Assembly: GCA_965248755.1 (NCBI GenBank)
Contig: OZ252149.1
Location: 1,216,001 to 1,280,000, forward strand
Source of the DNA: Candidatus Latescibacterota bacterium
GTDB lineage: Bacteria > Latescibacterota > CBDEFO01
Direction: 5' to 3'
DNA length: 64,000 bases
The notes beneath the pieces are model-generated. The model had not been told where the DNA came from. It made no database searches and saw only the letters and a program-made list of their open reading frames with translations. The position numbers and the translations under genes are program-made. Of this stretch, positions 1 to 10,249 are shown piece after piece; position 1 is the stretch's first letter, and every line of letters begins with the position of its first letter.

Positions 1-157
1 CCCTTACTGCCCTTTTGCTCTCCAGGCTGAAGCCCGTTATTTTTAGTTTTGAAAGTTCATCAGATAGTTCATCTATGTTAAGGCCCGCGTCAACCATAGC
101 CCCTAATATCATATCCCCACTTATACCGGAAAAGCAGTCCAAATAGGCTATTTTCAT
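1..157 (-). CDS. larC: Nickel pincer cofactor biosynthesis protein LarC, N-terminus (runs off the window)
   Basis: Manual translation from ATG at 157: [25 protein letters not shown], the characteristic LarC N-terminal motif. ATGA overlap with the upstream gene stop. Not in the ORF track. Confidence 0.9.
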   Translation of the reverse strand, partial: MKIAYLDCFSGISGDMILGAMVDAGLNIDELSDELSKLKITGFSLESKRAVR

Positions 158-537
158 CCACTGAACTCCTTCTTTCTTTTCTTCCAATCGAGCTCCTCGT
201 CGAAATCGTAGACATCCTTGAAGTCCTCTATACTGTCCTCTTGCGTCTTGCCCATCAACTGGGCATCCACAAGCGCAAAGACCATCTCCCCGAAGTCCTC
301 TGTTCTGGTAATCCCCCAGTGCTCAAAGACCGATTTGGTCATAGGGCCATACTGCATCAAGCCGTACTGGCTTATCCCCTTTGAAAGCTCCTCTCCTGTG
401 ACGTGCCGCTTTTCGCCAACCGTATTGACCGTGTGATCAAGGGCAGCAAAGAGGAAAAAATAGGCTTCTTTCTTAAATTTATTGAGCTTCTTGGCTACTT
501 TTTCTATTTTCTCTACAAACTCTTCGTTTGAATCCAT
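154..537 (-). CDS. Conserved hypothetical protein, Minf_1886-like family
   Basis: Motifs AYxFxxx[28 protein letters not shown] and DSIEDF. Confidence 0.8.
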   Translation of the reverse strand: MDSNEEFVEKIEKVAKKLNKFKKEAYFFLFAALDHTVNTVGEKRHVTGEELSKGISQYGLMQYGPMTKSVFEHWGITRTEDFGEMVFALVDAQLMGKTQEDSIEDFKDVYDFDEELDWKKRKKEFSG

Positions 538-570
538 AATAGCTCCGGGCTTCCGAATTTACCGAAAACT

Positions 571-1944
571 TCAAAAAAGGTTGTAGATTATGCGAAAGAG
601 AGAAGGTTTTTCATCTCTTTGGATTGCCAGCGCTTCGTCGGTCGAATCCTTTTGAGCAACTTGTGCGATCTGTTCCTTCTCTTCCCAAAATTCGTCCAGC
701 ATGCCTATCATCTCATCTTTGACCGCTCGGAAATTCCTTACGTATTCTTTTCTGACAGGATCTGCTGTGACGATGTTTTCACTTTGGGGATTTTCGGACT
801 TTCCGTCTTTCTTGAGATGATAGTGCAGATGCGGGCCGGTCGACAGCCCTGAAGACCCCACGGAACCTATGACATCTCCCTGCTCGACGCTTCTTCCCCT
901 TTCGATCCCGCTGGCGTAACGGTACAGGTGACCGTAGGACGTCTCGTAGCCCCTTGCGTGTTTGATTCTGATTAACCTCCCGTTGGAGCCGCTCCACCCC
1001 TTGTAGCTAACCACCCCAGCGGCCGTCGCCTTCACGTCCGTCCCCACCGGAGCGGCGTAGTCTATCCCGAGGTGGGGACCATACGTCTTCAAGATAGGGT
1101 GGAATCTTTTATGCGTGTATCCCGAACTGATCCTCTTGAAATATTCTAAGGGCAGTTTGAGAAACATCTTCCTTTTGGATGAACCATCTGGATTGTAGTA
1201 TCCTCTACTGCCCTGGGGGTCTTCGTAATAGACGGCCCTGTGGATCTTTTTCTTACTTTGATACTCGGCGGACAATATCTTCCCATATCTTATAAACTGT
1301 CCGTCCCTGAAGTTTTCCTCGAACACCATCCCGAATCTGTCACCGGGCCTGGGGTCGGACGAGAAATCTATGTCCCACCCGAATATCTCATCTGCGAAGC
1401 GATGAATCAAGACTCCAGATTTGGGACCCTCAAGTTCAACTATCGCACTGTAGAGATTATCCTGTATGATGCCCCCTGTTGCCCTTATGCTTTTATCCAG
1501 GGGCATATGCTCCCTGCGCGAGATCAACTTGCCTTCGAGTCTCTCCGCGATAATGGTCTCCTCTATTCCCGGCGTATATTCAAACCTTTCGATCGCGCCC
1601 GTCGAGTATAAGTTCACGAAGTAGCTGTCCCCAGGGAGAGATTTTCTTAAGTCCATCACACTCTGCAGGGAGTTTGTCAACTCCAGAATAGCCCTGTCGG
1701 ATACCCCTCCTCTCTTAAGTGAAAGATAGAGAGCTTCTCCCTTGTCCAATGTATCGGAGAAAGATACGTAGAGAGTCTTCTGCTCTTCCTCAGGTAGTTC
1801 TGACCTTTCATCTAGGTCCTCTACATTGTCGTTTTTCCCTTTGAACGCTATAAAGGAGAAAACGACTATAAGGATCAGGATAAAGCCTCCATACGTATAT
1901 ACCGACGCCCGCCTACTGCCGCTGTTCAGCAGTTGATGTGCCAT
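571..1944 (-). CDS. Membrane-anchored M23 family peptidoglycan DD-endopeptidase (MepM/Csd3-like)
   Basis: N-terminal TM helix; HLGIDY, YGHL and STGPHLHY zinc motifs. Confidence 0.92.
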   Translation of the reverse strand: MAHQLLNSGSRRASVYTYGGFILILIVVFSFIAFKGKNDNVEDLDERSELPEEEQKTLYVSFSDTLDKGEALYLSLKRGGVSDRAILELTNSLQSVMDLRKSLPGDSYFVNLYSTGAIERFEYTPGIEETIIAERLEGKLISRREHMPLDKSIRATGGIIQDNLYSAIVELEGPKSGVLIHRFADEIFGWDIDFSSDPRPGDRFGMVFEENFRDGQFIRYGKILSAEYQSKKKIHRAVYYEDPQGSRGYYNPDGSSKRKMFLKLPLEYFKRISSGYTHKRFHPILKTYGPHLGIDYAAPVGTDVKATAAGVVSYKGWSGSNGRLIRIKHARGYETSYGHLYRYASGIERGRSVEQGDVIGSVGSSGLSTGPHLHYHLKKDGKSENPQSENIVTADPVRKEYVRNFRAVKDEMIGMLDEFWEEKEQIAQVAQKDSTDEALAIQRDEKPSLFRIIYNLF

Positions 1945-2091
1945 CTTTGAATCCCTCCCTCATTCACAAAGATAAGCATTCGAGCAATCCCTGCTCTACT
2001 ATCCGGTTTTGCTCATATCGCAAAACGCCATGTCCCGGCTATACCCACAAGTTTTTACGCAAACAAAACTTACGATTCCAGCACTTATAAG

Positions 2092-2120
2092 ATAATACAA
2101 AAAAGACACAAGAAAGTCAA
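2092..2120 (-). promoter_or_regulatory. Sigma70-type promoter upstream of the M23 gene
   Basis: Minus strand TTGACT-N17-TATTAT. Confidence 0.6.
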
Positions 2121-2345
2121 GACAAAAACCTGTTGCTCGGTAACGGAGCTTTTTGAGATTTAACGTATCTTCTTAGGCGATGCTCCATAAGCTTTTTTGC
2201 AAACTTCGATCAACTGACCATTGTCAAGGATGAATTGCTGATAAAATCCTTGCTCGACCTGTGGCGATTCTTTAAATTTGTCCTGTATCTGGAGTCTTTG
2301 CGAGGACAACTTAAAATTTTCCCTTAATTTAAGGAGGACAAAAAC

Positions 2346-3431
2346 ATGCCGCTTCCCACCATTCATGTTGGATGCACGCACTTTGCATCCGGGCGCCTTC
2401 AAGCGCTGATCAACTCCAAAGGTCTGGAGTCTGTGGCGTTAGTGGACATCAATACAGAGGCGTCAAAAGAAGCGATCAAGAAGCTTGAGGGAAATGTCCC
2501 TGAAGGGCTTGAAGACCGACTCTACACCAGTATTTCAAAGGCCTGCAAAGAGCACCCAGCGGAGGTGTGCTTAATATACGCCTCTACGACCTCCCACGCC
2601 GAGCTTATTGTTGAGAGCCTGAGCTGTGGGATGCATACGCTCTGCGTTAAGCCTATTGCCTGCAATCAGGATGAATTTCGCTCGATCATCGAAGCTCACA
2701 GGATGCATTCCGATCTGATGCTGGTCCAGGGGCAGAATATTCGGTGGAATCCGGCGGCGGCTAAAATGCGAAGGTGGCTTAAGGAACCCGGAGGCATCGG
2801 GCGGCTCATCGCAGGCGAGGTTCGCTTCTGGATACGCCAGAACCTCTGGACGGGGCCCGACTCGAAACAGCCCGACGCTTACGTTCCGGGTCTCTTCTTC
2901 CACTCCGGTTCCAGTCACCAGTTAGACCAGCTCGTCGCGGCTACAGGTCTGCCGCGCTATGTCACTGCGCGCTATCATCTCCGCCAGGATACCGAGATAG
3001 CTCAAACTGGCATAGAGGGCACAGCAGGTGGCAACACACTTTTTGAATACGACAACGGTGCTATTGTGACCTACTGCGGGACACGGGCTGCTCACGCCGG
3101 TCCCTACGCTTGGAGCGGCTCATGGACGATGCACGGTGAGGAGGGGGATCTGATACGGAACGGGGGCAATCTCCAGCTCTATCGCAAGGGGGAATGCGTG
3201 GAGGATCTCACACTGCAGGACCTCCATCCAGGTCTTATCGAGGATGACCGCCTGCAGTTTGACGCTTTTGCAAAAGCTATTAAAGATGGAACTGACCGCG
3301 ATTGGCTGCAGCACAGCACGCTGGACACCTGGATCTTGATGGAGGCCTGCAACGAATCGGCGCGAACAGGTGAGCGCGTGGACGTTTATGAACTCCGTTC
3401 AAAGCTGATGGGTGAGGCAACAAACAAGTAG
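2346..3431 (+). CDS. Gfo/Idh/MocA family oxidoreductase
   Basis: Rossmann-like N-terminus, CVKP (EKP-equivalent) and HQLD motifs; AGGAGG RBS. Confidence 0.85.
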   Translation: MPLPTIHVGCTHFASGRLQALINSKGLESVALVDINTEASKEAIKKLEGNVPEGLEDRLYTSISKACKEHPAEVCLIYASTTSHAELIVESLSCGMHTLCVKPIACNQDEFRSIIEAHRMHSDLMLVQGQNIRWNPAAAKMRRWLKEPGGIGRLIAGEVRFWIRQNLWTGPDSKQPDAYVPGLFFHSGSSHQLDQLVAATGLPRYVTARYHLRQDTEIAQTGIEGTAGGNTLFEYDNGAIVTYCGTRAAHAGPYAWSGSWTMHGEEGDLIRNGGNLQLYRKGECVEDLTLQDLHPGLIEDDRLQFDAFAKAIKDGTDRDWLQHSTLDTWILMEACNESARTGERVDVYELRSKLMGEATNK

Positions 3432-3459
3432 ACAGCATACAGGGCGAGGCAGTCTAAGT

Positions 3460-3503
3460 GAGATTGCTTCGCTGCCACCGATTAAATCCGGGGTCGCAAT
3501 GAC
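3460..3503. repeat. REP/MITE-like palindromic repeat (GAGATTGCTTCG...TCGCAATGAC family)
   Basis: Same termini as the copies at 8494-8527 (inverted) and 8585-8614; lies between convergent genes. Confidence 0.75.
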
Positions 3504-3527
3504 AGTTTAAAGGAGGAGATACCCTGT

Positions 3528-4808
3528 CTACTTTTTTGATTTTGAATTGCTCAGCCCATAAATCTTGGCTGGATTGTCGTGGAAGACCGCCTGTGCTACG
3601 TCAAGTGCGATGGATTCTGAAATAAACCCCTCCTCGATCATCTCGGCAAGCGCGATTGCGAAATTCTGACGGGCCATCTTTATATGCCCATAGACCGTCT
3701 CGACGTACTGGAGATCGTCACCGTAGGCGATTATCTTGTTATAAGGCACCATGCGAAGCCACTCCTTGAGATCTGTCCGCGAACCTATCGGGGAGATAAT
3801 GTGGATCCAAGACATATTCAGATAGACGTTGCCGAAAGCCTTGCCTAATACGGCGCCTTCCCGCAGATAAGGATAGCCTGAGTGCGAAAGGTCGAAACGG
3901 GCTTCCCGAAATGTCTGCATCAGTTCGGTAAGTGGAGCTGGACTGCATCCGTCCATACTTCCGTAATTTCCGGCACGTATGCCTTGATGAAATTGTATCG
4001 TCAGATCGGCGTCAGAGGCAGCGCGGCAGCACTCGAAAACGAGATAGTCCTCTAATAGAACACCTTCTTCTGAATCTAATCCAGCATAATTTCCTCTCAT
4101 CAGTCCATCGAAGATCTTCGCCGCATCCTCTTTCTGTCGCTGTTTGAAGTCCATACGCCTATGATAGGATTGAGACATCTTGACGCCTGCAGCCCTTGCC
4201 TCTTTCCATCCACGGCACACTCCTCGAATGGCCTCGATATGTTCGTCCAGGTTTGTGATGCTTAAGTCGTAATCCCGTTCGATTTCCTGAATTTGGGAGG
4301 CAGATCCGAGCATACTGAAGCGGTTCAAGCGTGGAAGCGGCAGGAACAGTTCTGGATCGACTTCGATTAGATCTCCCATGTTCAGCACCGAGATCTCGAT
4401 ATTCGACCGCTTTTTCAGCACATCGCGGTAGAATCCCGGTTCGCTATACTGGGATAGTGCCTCTGAGATCGGTTCAACTGTCTCTTTTGTCAACTCCGGA
4501 AATCCGAGCAGATCTCGGAACCCTTCGATTATGCACTGCGAAAAGCCCGTCAGACGCGTCCATCTCCAGTACGGCTCGAAGATTTGAAATCGTTCTTCAA
4601 GCGGAAGTCCCGGCGTTAACGCAGTCTCGATCTGGCTTTCGGACATCCCCGCGGAGACCAGATCGGATCGCGCGTAGGCATGTCTGAAGAAGGCAAGGGC
4701 ATCTGGGGCTTCTGCCAATCTCTCTTTTTCAGGCATAATATGTGAATGAGAATTAACACAGGAGATTTTAGCTATTTCATCAAATAACTCCCTCGAAAGT
4801 GTATCCAT
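3528..4808 (-). CDS. Amidohydrolase family protein (uronate isomerase-like / amidohydro_2)
   Basis: N-terminal HSH metal motif, QFHQG, SHSGYPY, YGDD. Start moved to ATG 4808 behind an AGGAG RBS. Confidence 0.85.
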   Translation of the reverse strand: MDTLSRELFDEIAKISCVNSHSHIMPEKERLAEAPDALAFFRHAYARSDLVSAGMSESQIETALTPGLPLEERFQIFEPYWRWTRLTGFSQCIIEGFRDLLGFPELTKETVEPISEALSQYSEPGFYRDVLKKRSNIEISVLNMGDLIEVDPELFLPLPRLNRFSMLGSASQIQEIERDYDLSITNLDEHIEAIRGVCRGWKEARAAGVKMSQSYHRRMDFKQRQKEDAAKIFDGLMRGNYAGLDSEEGVLLEDYLVFECCRAASDADLTIQFHQGIRAGNYGSMDGCSPAPLTELMQTFREARFDLSHSGYPYLREGAVLGKAFGNVYLNMSWIHIISPIGSRTDLKEWLRMVPYNKIIAYGDDLQYVETVYGHIKMARQNFAIALAEMIEEGFISESIALDVAQAVFHDNPAKIYGLSNSKSKK

Positions 4809-4913
4809 TTTGCAATTCTCCTGAATTTGTCGATTTTTCACAAAGATCTATAGGATTGGCTCCTTAAAATCCCCGCGTGTCTTTGGGAGAACCGAAAGGG
4901 AAAGACCTTACTG

Positions 4914-4936
4914 TCCCCGATTGAATCTATCGGGGA
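4914..4936. repeat. 23-bp palindromic repeat TCCCCGATTGAATCTATCGGGGA
   Basis: Exact reverse complement at 17470-17492; 2-mismatch copies at 5933-5955 and 15702-15724. Confidence 0.85.
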
Positions 4937-4972
4937 TCGGGGACCTGTCCACTGAAGTTCCTTACCGTTCAA

Positions 4973-5869
4973 TCAACGGACAAACCAGCGGATCGCGTGA
5001 CGCTCCTCAACATCCCGAAACATGAGCTTGTAGGGATCACAACTTCTGTACGCCACGCAACCATCCGTGCGAAGCATCAGCCAGCCGAAGTCCCACCCGC
5101 GCCTTGCATAGCGCAACGGAATACCGGGTTTTACGCGAACAACCGGATGGGAGCCGCCGATAAAACATGGGTTCTCCGTGTAGTAGTAACACGATCCCAG
5201 TTGAACAAACACTTCGTGATCTACCGCGGCCGCAGATTCGTTTTCCAGATCAGAACAGAGGCCGCGAACCCCTACCTTCACCGCACACCCATCTGAAAAT
5301 GCCTCGACCAGGGCTTGGATAGAGCCAGATTTGACAGCACCATCGGTGTCGTGAGAGAATACCTCACGCCAAGAGTCACAGACGCAGAAGCGATAGACGT
5401 CGAAGTCATAAATGAAGTTGTTGCTTGGGGCATTGGTCTCTTCATCCCAACTGTCCTCTGTGTGATATTTGGGCATGTTCGGTGGAGCGTCAGGCGGCGA
5501 GGATCCGTGAGCCTTTGCGGGAACTCCGTCGAGATATGGGCGAGCGATCGCCTGCTGTCCATTCTGGTTATACAGAAAGAATGACATCGACGGACGTGGT
5601 CCGAAGCCATCCGGCAGTTCAATGGGCTGACGCAGGCTCATGATTCCCGCCGCCCAGGAATCCTGAAGTAGATATGTGACCCCGAATTCTGCCACTTCAA
5701 GCACACGTTCGTCACTGTCTGAGTCCACGTCGACGTGCTCGTTGTGAAGAAATTCGGTGTAGATGCGCAGGTCCGCCCCGCGCCGGATCGCATCGCCGAG
5801 TGCCTTCTCACTTCCTTCAACGACGCTTCGATCCGCGTTCAACTTCAACGCACAAGCCCATTTGGCCAT
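4973..5869 (-). CDS. Hypothetical protein with an internal two-fold repeat
   Basis: Long ORF; repeated W...GSxxALxxAxxxGxxVxV segment. Start codon uncertain. Confidence 0.7.
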   Translation of the reverse strand: MAKWACALKLNADRSVVEGSEKALGDAIRRGADLRIYTEFLHNEHVDVDSDSDERVLEVAEFGVTYLLQDSWAAGIMSLRQPIELPDGFGPRPSMSFFLYNQNGQQAIARPYLDGVPAKAHGSSPPDAPPNMPKYHTEDSWDEETNAPSNNFIYDFDVYRFCVCDSWREVFSHDTDGAVKSGSIQALVEAFSDGCAVKVGVRGLCSDLENESAAAVDHEVFVQLGSCYYYTENPCFIGGSHPVVRVKPGIPLRYARRGWDFGWLMLRTDGCVAYRSCDPYKLMFRDVEERHAIRWFVR

Positions 5870-5932
5870 ATAAAAGCTCTGCTCATATTTTGAACATCCA
5901 AGGTGTGGGATCACGGAAACATAGGAGGACGG

Positions 5933-5955
5933 TCCCCGATAGATTTAATCAGGGA
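5933..5955. repeat. 23-bp palindromic repeat copy
   Basis: TCCCCGATAGATTTAATCAGGGA, intergenic. Confidence 0.8.
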
Positions 5956-5972
5956 CCACCGGTTTCAACCAC

Positions 5973-7169
5973 TTACTCCTTCGGCAGTGCAGACGCAGAC
6001 AGCATAATCCTGGCGTAGATCTCCACCGCCTTTTCCAGGTGTCCGATGTCAATGTATTCCACGGCTCCGTGCGCCTGATCTATACTCCCGGGCCCAAGTA
6101 CGACGCAGGGGATGCCCGCCGTGGACAGCGCCGCCGCATCTGTTCCGTAGGGTACACCTTCGGCCCGGTCGTAGCCCGTCACCGCCTTACAAGCATCCTG
6201 GGAGATCTTGACAATCGGTGCAGATTCCGAGGTCTCCATCCCGGCTCCTGCAAATAGCGGCGTCTCCATCTTCACATCCAGATCAGGGTCGTCGCGGCGC
6301 ATATCCTCCAAAAGCTCCTCAAAGGGTTTCAAAGTCTCGTGTGGATCCTCTCCCGGTATCACCCGGCGGTCGAGGCAAATGGCACACCTGTTGGGCACGA
6401 AATTGACCTGGATTCCCCCTTCGATCTTCCCGATGTTCAGTGTGGGGCCGCCCGTTAAGGAATGATCCATCTCTGCGTAAGTCGGGACTATGCCCTCCTG
6501 GATATTTTGTATAATAGCCGCCATCTTTGTGATTGCATTGATTCCTAAGTGCGGTTTCGAACTGTGAGCCGCCTTCCCATTGACGACAATCCACCACCGC
6601 ATAACTCCCTTATGCGCCCGAATGACCCTGAGTTCTGTCGGCTCTCCCACGACTGCACCATTGGCGCGAAACCCAGATTCACCCAGGTGCATGGCTCCTC
6701 GCATATAAAGTTCTTCGTCCACTACGCCTGCCACGACAACGTTTGTAGGAGGTTTTTCCTCCATCTTTTTGACTGCCAACAAAGCGTGAAGCATCGTCGC
6801 CAAAGATCCCTTGGTGTCGCAGGATCCTCTCCCGTAAAGCAGACCGTCCTTTTCCTCTGGACTGAACGGATCTATCGTCATATCCGCAACTGACGCTGTA
6901 TCCATATGCGCCTCGAACAGTATAGTCCGATCCTGATCCTCACCTTCGACTGTTCCGAGAACGTTGTGTCGCCCGCCCATAACCTCCTGTCTTTCGTATG
7001 GGACGTCGTGCCGCTCAAAAAAGTCCGATACGTAGCGAGCCATCTCCGCCTCGCCCGTTTCCAGCCCGCCTTCCAGATCTGGATTCACGCTGTTGATCGC
7101 AACGAGATCCTTGAGGGTCAAGAGGACAGCTTCTTTATCGATAAATGAATTAATAGAGTCAGGATCCAT
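5973..7169 (-). CDS. M20 family metallo-deacylase (ArgE/DapE-like)
   Basis: AHMDT, GRGSCDTKG, DEE, GEPT and AH motifs; AGGAGG RBS before ATG 7169. Confidence 0.92.
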   Translation of the reverse strand: MDPDSINSFIDKEAVLLTLKDLVAINSVNPDLEGGLETGEAEMARYVSDFFERHDVPYERQEVMGGRHNVLGTVEGEDQDRTILFEAHMDTASVADMTIDPFSPEEKDGLLYGRGSCDTKGSLATMLHALLAVKKMEEKPPTNVVVAGVVDEELYMRGAMHLGESGFRANGAVVGEPTELRVIRAHKGVMRWWIVVNGKAAHSSKPHLGINAITKMAAIIQNIQEGIVPTYAEMDHSLTGGPTLNIGKIEGGIQVNFVPNRCAICLDRRVIPGEDPHETLKPFEELLEDMRRDDPDLDVKMETPLFAGAGMETSESAPIVKISQDACKAVTGYDRAEGVPYGTDAAALSTAGIPCVVLGPGSIDQAHGAVEYIDIGHLEKAVEIYARIMLSASALPKE

Positions 7170-7197
7170 CAAATATACGCCTCCTTGTGACAATGCT

Positions 7198-8238
7198 CTA
7201 ATAAGACAGGGTCTCCTCAACGATCTTCAACGTCGTTTTTATGTCATTGGAATCCACATCCAGATGAGTCACCATCCGAATGCGTCCGCTTTCACCCGAA
7301 GACAAGACTCCTTTTTCCTTTAACCTTTGCATGAACTCATCGGCAGACAGCCCCGTCCCCGATGGATCGAAATAGACCATGTTCGTCTCAACGTTCTCCG
7401 GATCCAGTCTTATGCCCTTTATCTGCATCAACCCATCAGCAAGGAGTCTGGCATTTCTGTGATCCTCCTCCAGCCTTTGGACATTGTTCTCCAGTGAATA
7501 CAGCCCCGCAGCGCACATAATCCCTACCTGCCTCATCCCACCTCCCAACCTGTACCTCACTCTCCTTGCTTCTTCTATAAGTTCCTTACTGCCCGCGACC
7601 ACAGAGCCTATCGGCGCTCCCAAGCCCTTCGACATGCAAAAAGAGACGGAGTCAAACCCGCTCACCAACTCTTTAACGTCCCTTTTTGACGCCACAGCGG
7701 CGTTGAATATCCTCGCTCCGTCCAGATGCAGGGGGATAGACCTTTTCTGGGCAAACTTTAGTATCTTTTCTACCTCCTCCTGGGGGAATACCCTGCCCCC
7801 AGGGTAATTCATAGTGTTTTCTATCTCTATCAGTCCGCTTTTGGAATAATAATAAACGTCTGGTCTGATCTTCTCCTCTACCTGCTCTGCTGTGATGTAG
7901 CCGTAAGGAGAATCTATGGGTACTGCACTTACGCCTGAATTTGTGGCCAGGCCCGCAAGTTCGTCGTGCAGTATGTGAGCCGTGGACGAACATATAACCT
8001 CCTGACCAGGCTCTGTGAGGACGTTGATGCAGACTTGGTTTCCCATAGTCCCTGAGGAAACAAAGAGAGCCGCCTCCATACCCAAAATCTGTGCCGCCTT
8101 CTCCTGGAGCTTAAGGGCGGTCGGATCGTCGTCTATTACATCGTCACCCACCTCTGCTCCGTACATGGCCTCCCTCATCGCCTTTGTCGGCTTTGTGACT
8201 GTGTCGCTCCTGAGATCTATTATCCCATTGTCAGACAT
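7198..8238 (-). CDS. ltaE: Low-specificity L-threonine aldolase (PLP)
   Basis: IDLRSDTVT, SGTMGN, HLDGARIFNA, SKGLGAP and GGGMRQ motifs. Confidence 0.93.
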   Translation of the reverse strand: MSDNGIIDLRSDTVTKPTKAMREAMYGAEVGDDVIDDDPTALKLQEKAAQILGMEAALFVSSGTMGNQVCINVLTEPGQEVICSSTAHILHDELAGLATNSGVSAVPIDSPYGYITAEQVEEKIRPDVYYYSKSGLIEIENTMNYPGGRVFPQEEVEKILKFAQKRSIPLHLDGARIFNAAVASKRDVKELVSGFDSVSFCMSKGLGAPIGSVVAGSKELIEEARRVRYRLGGGMRQVGIMCAAGLYSLENNVQRLEEDHRNARLLADGLMQIKGIRLDPENVETNMVYFDPSGTGLSADEFMQRLKEKGVLSSGESGRIRMVTHLDVDSNDIKTTLKIVEETLSY

Positions 8239-8368
8239 AGATTACCCTCTTGTGTAGTTCTTGTGCTGTGGTTCCCTGATCAACCTGCAATTGCCTCGAT
8301 TATGAAGATTTTCCCTGTTGTCCACTAAATATATTATCTTAGCGCCACAAGATCAAGAGAAAAAATAT

Positions 8369-8397
8369 TTGACATTAATGAGTCTTATAGTTAATTT
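8369..8397 (+). promoter_or_regulatory. Possible sigma70 promoter
   Basis: TTGACA-N17-TAATTT in a divergent intergenic region. Confidence 0.45.
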
Positions 8398-8493
8398 AGG
8401 CACTTGAACTTAATGATATTGGCTCGTGCACAAGATACCGAAGATTTCAAAACTGTCACTGTACTAACCCGATTAATTCATAAACTTGGTGGA

Positions 8494-8614
8494 GTCATTG
8501 CGACCAGCAAAGCGACGAAGCAATCTCAAGGTTTTATAGTGATCTCCTATGAGAGCCGGAGCGTATTACATCTACCACAGAATGGAGATTGCTTCGCCTC
8601 CGGCTCGCAATGAC
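8494..8614. repeat. Inverted pair of REP/MITE-like repeats
   Basis: GTCATTGCGA...CGAAGCAATCTC (8494-8527) and GAGATTGCTTCG...TCGCAATGAC (8585-8614) form a long inverted repeat. Confidence 0.8.
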
Positions 8615-8768
8615 ACCGAAGGTGGTTAAACGTCATAACTATAATATAGTACAATGCCTTAATTAATACACGGCCTTTTTTTGTTAATTATTCGGGCTAA
8701 AGAAGAGAGCGGGTAGAGACAGAAGGGTGTCCTATTTACAACCCTCAGTGTCTACTAACCCGTGGAAT

Positions 8769-10187
8769 ATGAAAAGATTCAATTCTTGTATTATCTTCTT
8801 AGCTGATGGGGCAAGGGCTGATGTCACAGAGGAGATGCTGTCTGCTGGCAAATTGCCCAACATACAAAAATATGTACTTGAAGATGGGACCTATACTCGG
8901 GCGGTGACAGCTTTTCCATCCACCACAGGCCCGGCATACCTGCCTTTTCTCACCGGTTGCTTCCCCGGTTCGTGCAACTTGCCTGGGATCAGGTGGTTCG
9001 ATAGAGAAAGATATTTCAGGCAGGGCCTTTTCAGCTTGTACAGATTCAGAAGTTACATAGGCCCTGGCAACTACCTTATGAACAGGGACATCGATAAAGA
9101 TCGTCCGACCCTTTTCGAGATAGCCGATAACTCTGTCAACATCTTCAGCTCTCTGAGCAGGGGAGCTGGATTTTGGGGCAAAAGAGTAAACGTTCTGAAG
9201 GCGTTCTTTTGGGTTTTGGGACACTTTGCTCACCCCTGGCCTATTGTGGACAAGACGGCGGCTCGCTTGTTGGAGATAGCCCTTAGGAGGCGTCCCGACT
9301 TTGTGTATGCTGTCTTTCCTGCAATTGACGGACTTTCGCACATCGGATCTCCGTTTTCCCAGGAGGTTCTCGCCTCCTACAGAAGGATAGATGAAGCTGT
9401 GGGCAGAACAGGCGAGGCACTAAAAAAGATAGGCAGGCTCCAGGACACACTGCTTATCTTTGCCAGCGATCACGGGTTGACCGAGACCCATACGCATTTT
9501 GATCTGGTGGAATTTGTGGAAAACAGAGGGCTAAAGACTTTTCACTATCCAAGGATATCCAGAAATGGCTTCGACGCTGTGGTCATGGAGTCGGGCAACG
9601 GAATGGCTAACGTCTATCTGAAAAACTGCGACGGATGGTCAAGGAGAACACATCACGATGAGATTCGGAACATCGCGCCGGACCTCATCACAGATCTGGT
9701 AAAAAGAGATGAAGTAGCATGGATCGCCAGCAAGGATCAAAATGAAGCGATCCGCATAACCGGTCCAAACGGAGAGGCAAAGATCAAAAGTGAAGGTAAC
9801 ACCGTGATCTACAGCGTCGAAGGAGAAGACCCCTCAGGATACGATCCTCTGCCCGAAAGGATGACACACCAAGAAGTATTGCAGGCCACGTTCGATACCG
9901 AGCACCCTGACAGCCCGATCCAGCTCCTTCAGATATTTAAGTCGAAAAAGTGTGGTGACATTGTCTTGAGCGCCAATAAGGGGTTCGACCTGAGGAGGGC
10001 AGAGTCCGAAAGTCCCGAACATAAATCATCTCACGGATCTATGCATAAAGAGCATATGCACGTCCCTTTTTTGATTAACTATAAGATAAAAAGGACCAAA
10101 TTGAGGACAGCTGACATTTTTCCATCTATCTTAAAATTGATGGGGAAAAAGAACAACTTTGAAATAGACGGAGAGGCCTTTGTCTGA
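8769..10187 (+). CDS. Alkaline phosphatase superfamily / nucleotide pyrophosphatase-phosphodiesterase
   Basis: ADGAR, FPSTT (Thr nucleophile), DGLSH, SDHG and SHGS motifs. Start uncertain (8727 or 8769). Confidence 0.88.
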   Translation: MKRFNSCIIFLADGARADVTEEMLSAGKLPNIQKYVLEDGTYTRAVTAFPSTTGPAYLPFLTGCFPGSCNLPGIRWFDRERYFRQGLFSLYRFRSYIGPGNYLMNRDIDKDRPTLFEIADNSVNIFSSLSRGAGFWGKRVNVLKAFFWVLGHFAHPWPIVDKTAARLLEIALRRRPDFVYAVFPAIDGLSHIGSPFSQEVLASYRRIDEAVGRTGEALKKIGRLQDTLLIFASDHGLTETHTHFDLVEFVENRGLKTFHYPRISRNGFDAVVMESGNGMANVYLKNCDGWSRRTHHDEIRNIAPDLITDLVKRDEVAWIASKDQNEAIRITGPNGEAKIKSEGNTVIYSVEGEDPSGYDPLPERMTHQEVLQATFDTEHPDSPIQLLQIFKSKKCGDIVLSANKGFDLRRAESESPEHKSSHGSMHKEHMHVPFLINYKIKRTKLRTADIFPSILKLMGKKNNFEIDGEAFV

Positions 10188-10249
10188 TGACAAAGGCTCA
10201 AAGTCGCAGAGACTACCTACTACAGTCTTTATAAATATGGGGGGGCACT

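Noticed and set aside
8404..8613. 69-aa ORF
   Set aside because: Made largely of the inverted REP-like repeats; likely spurious.
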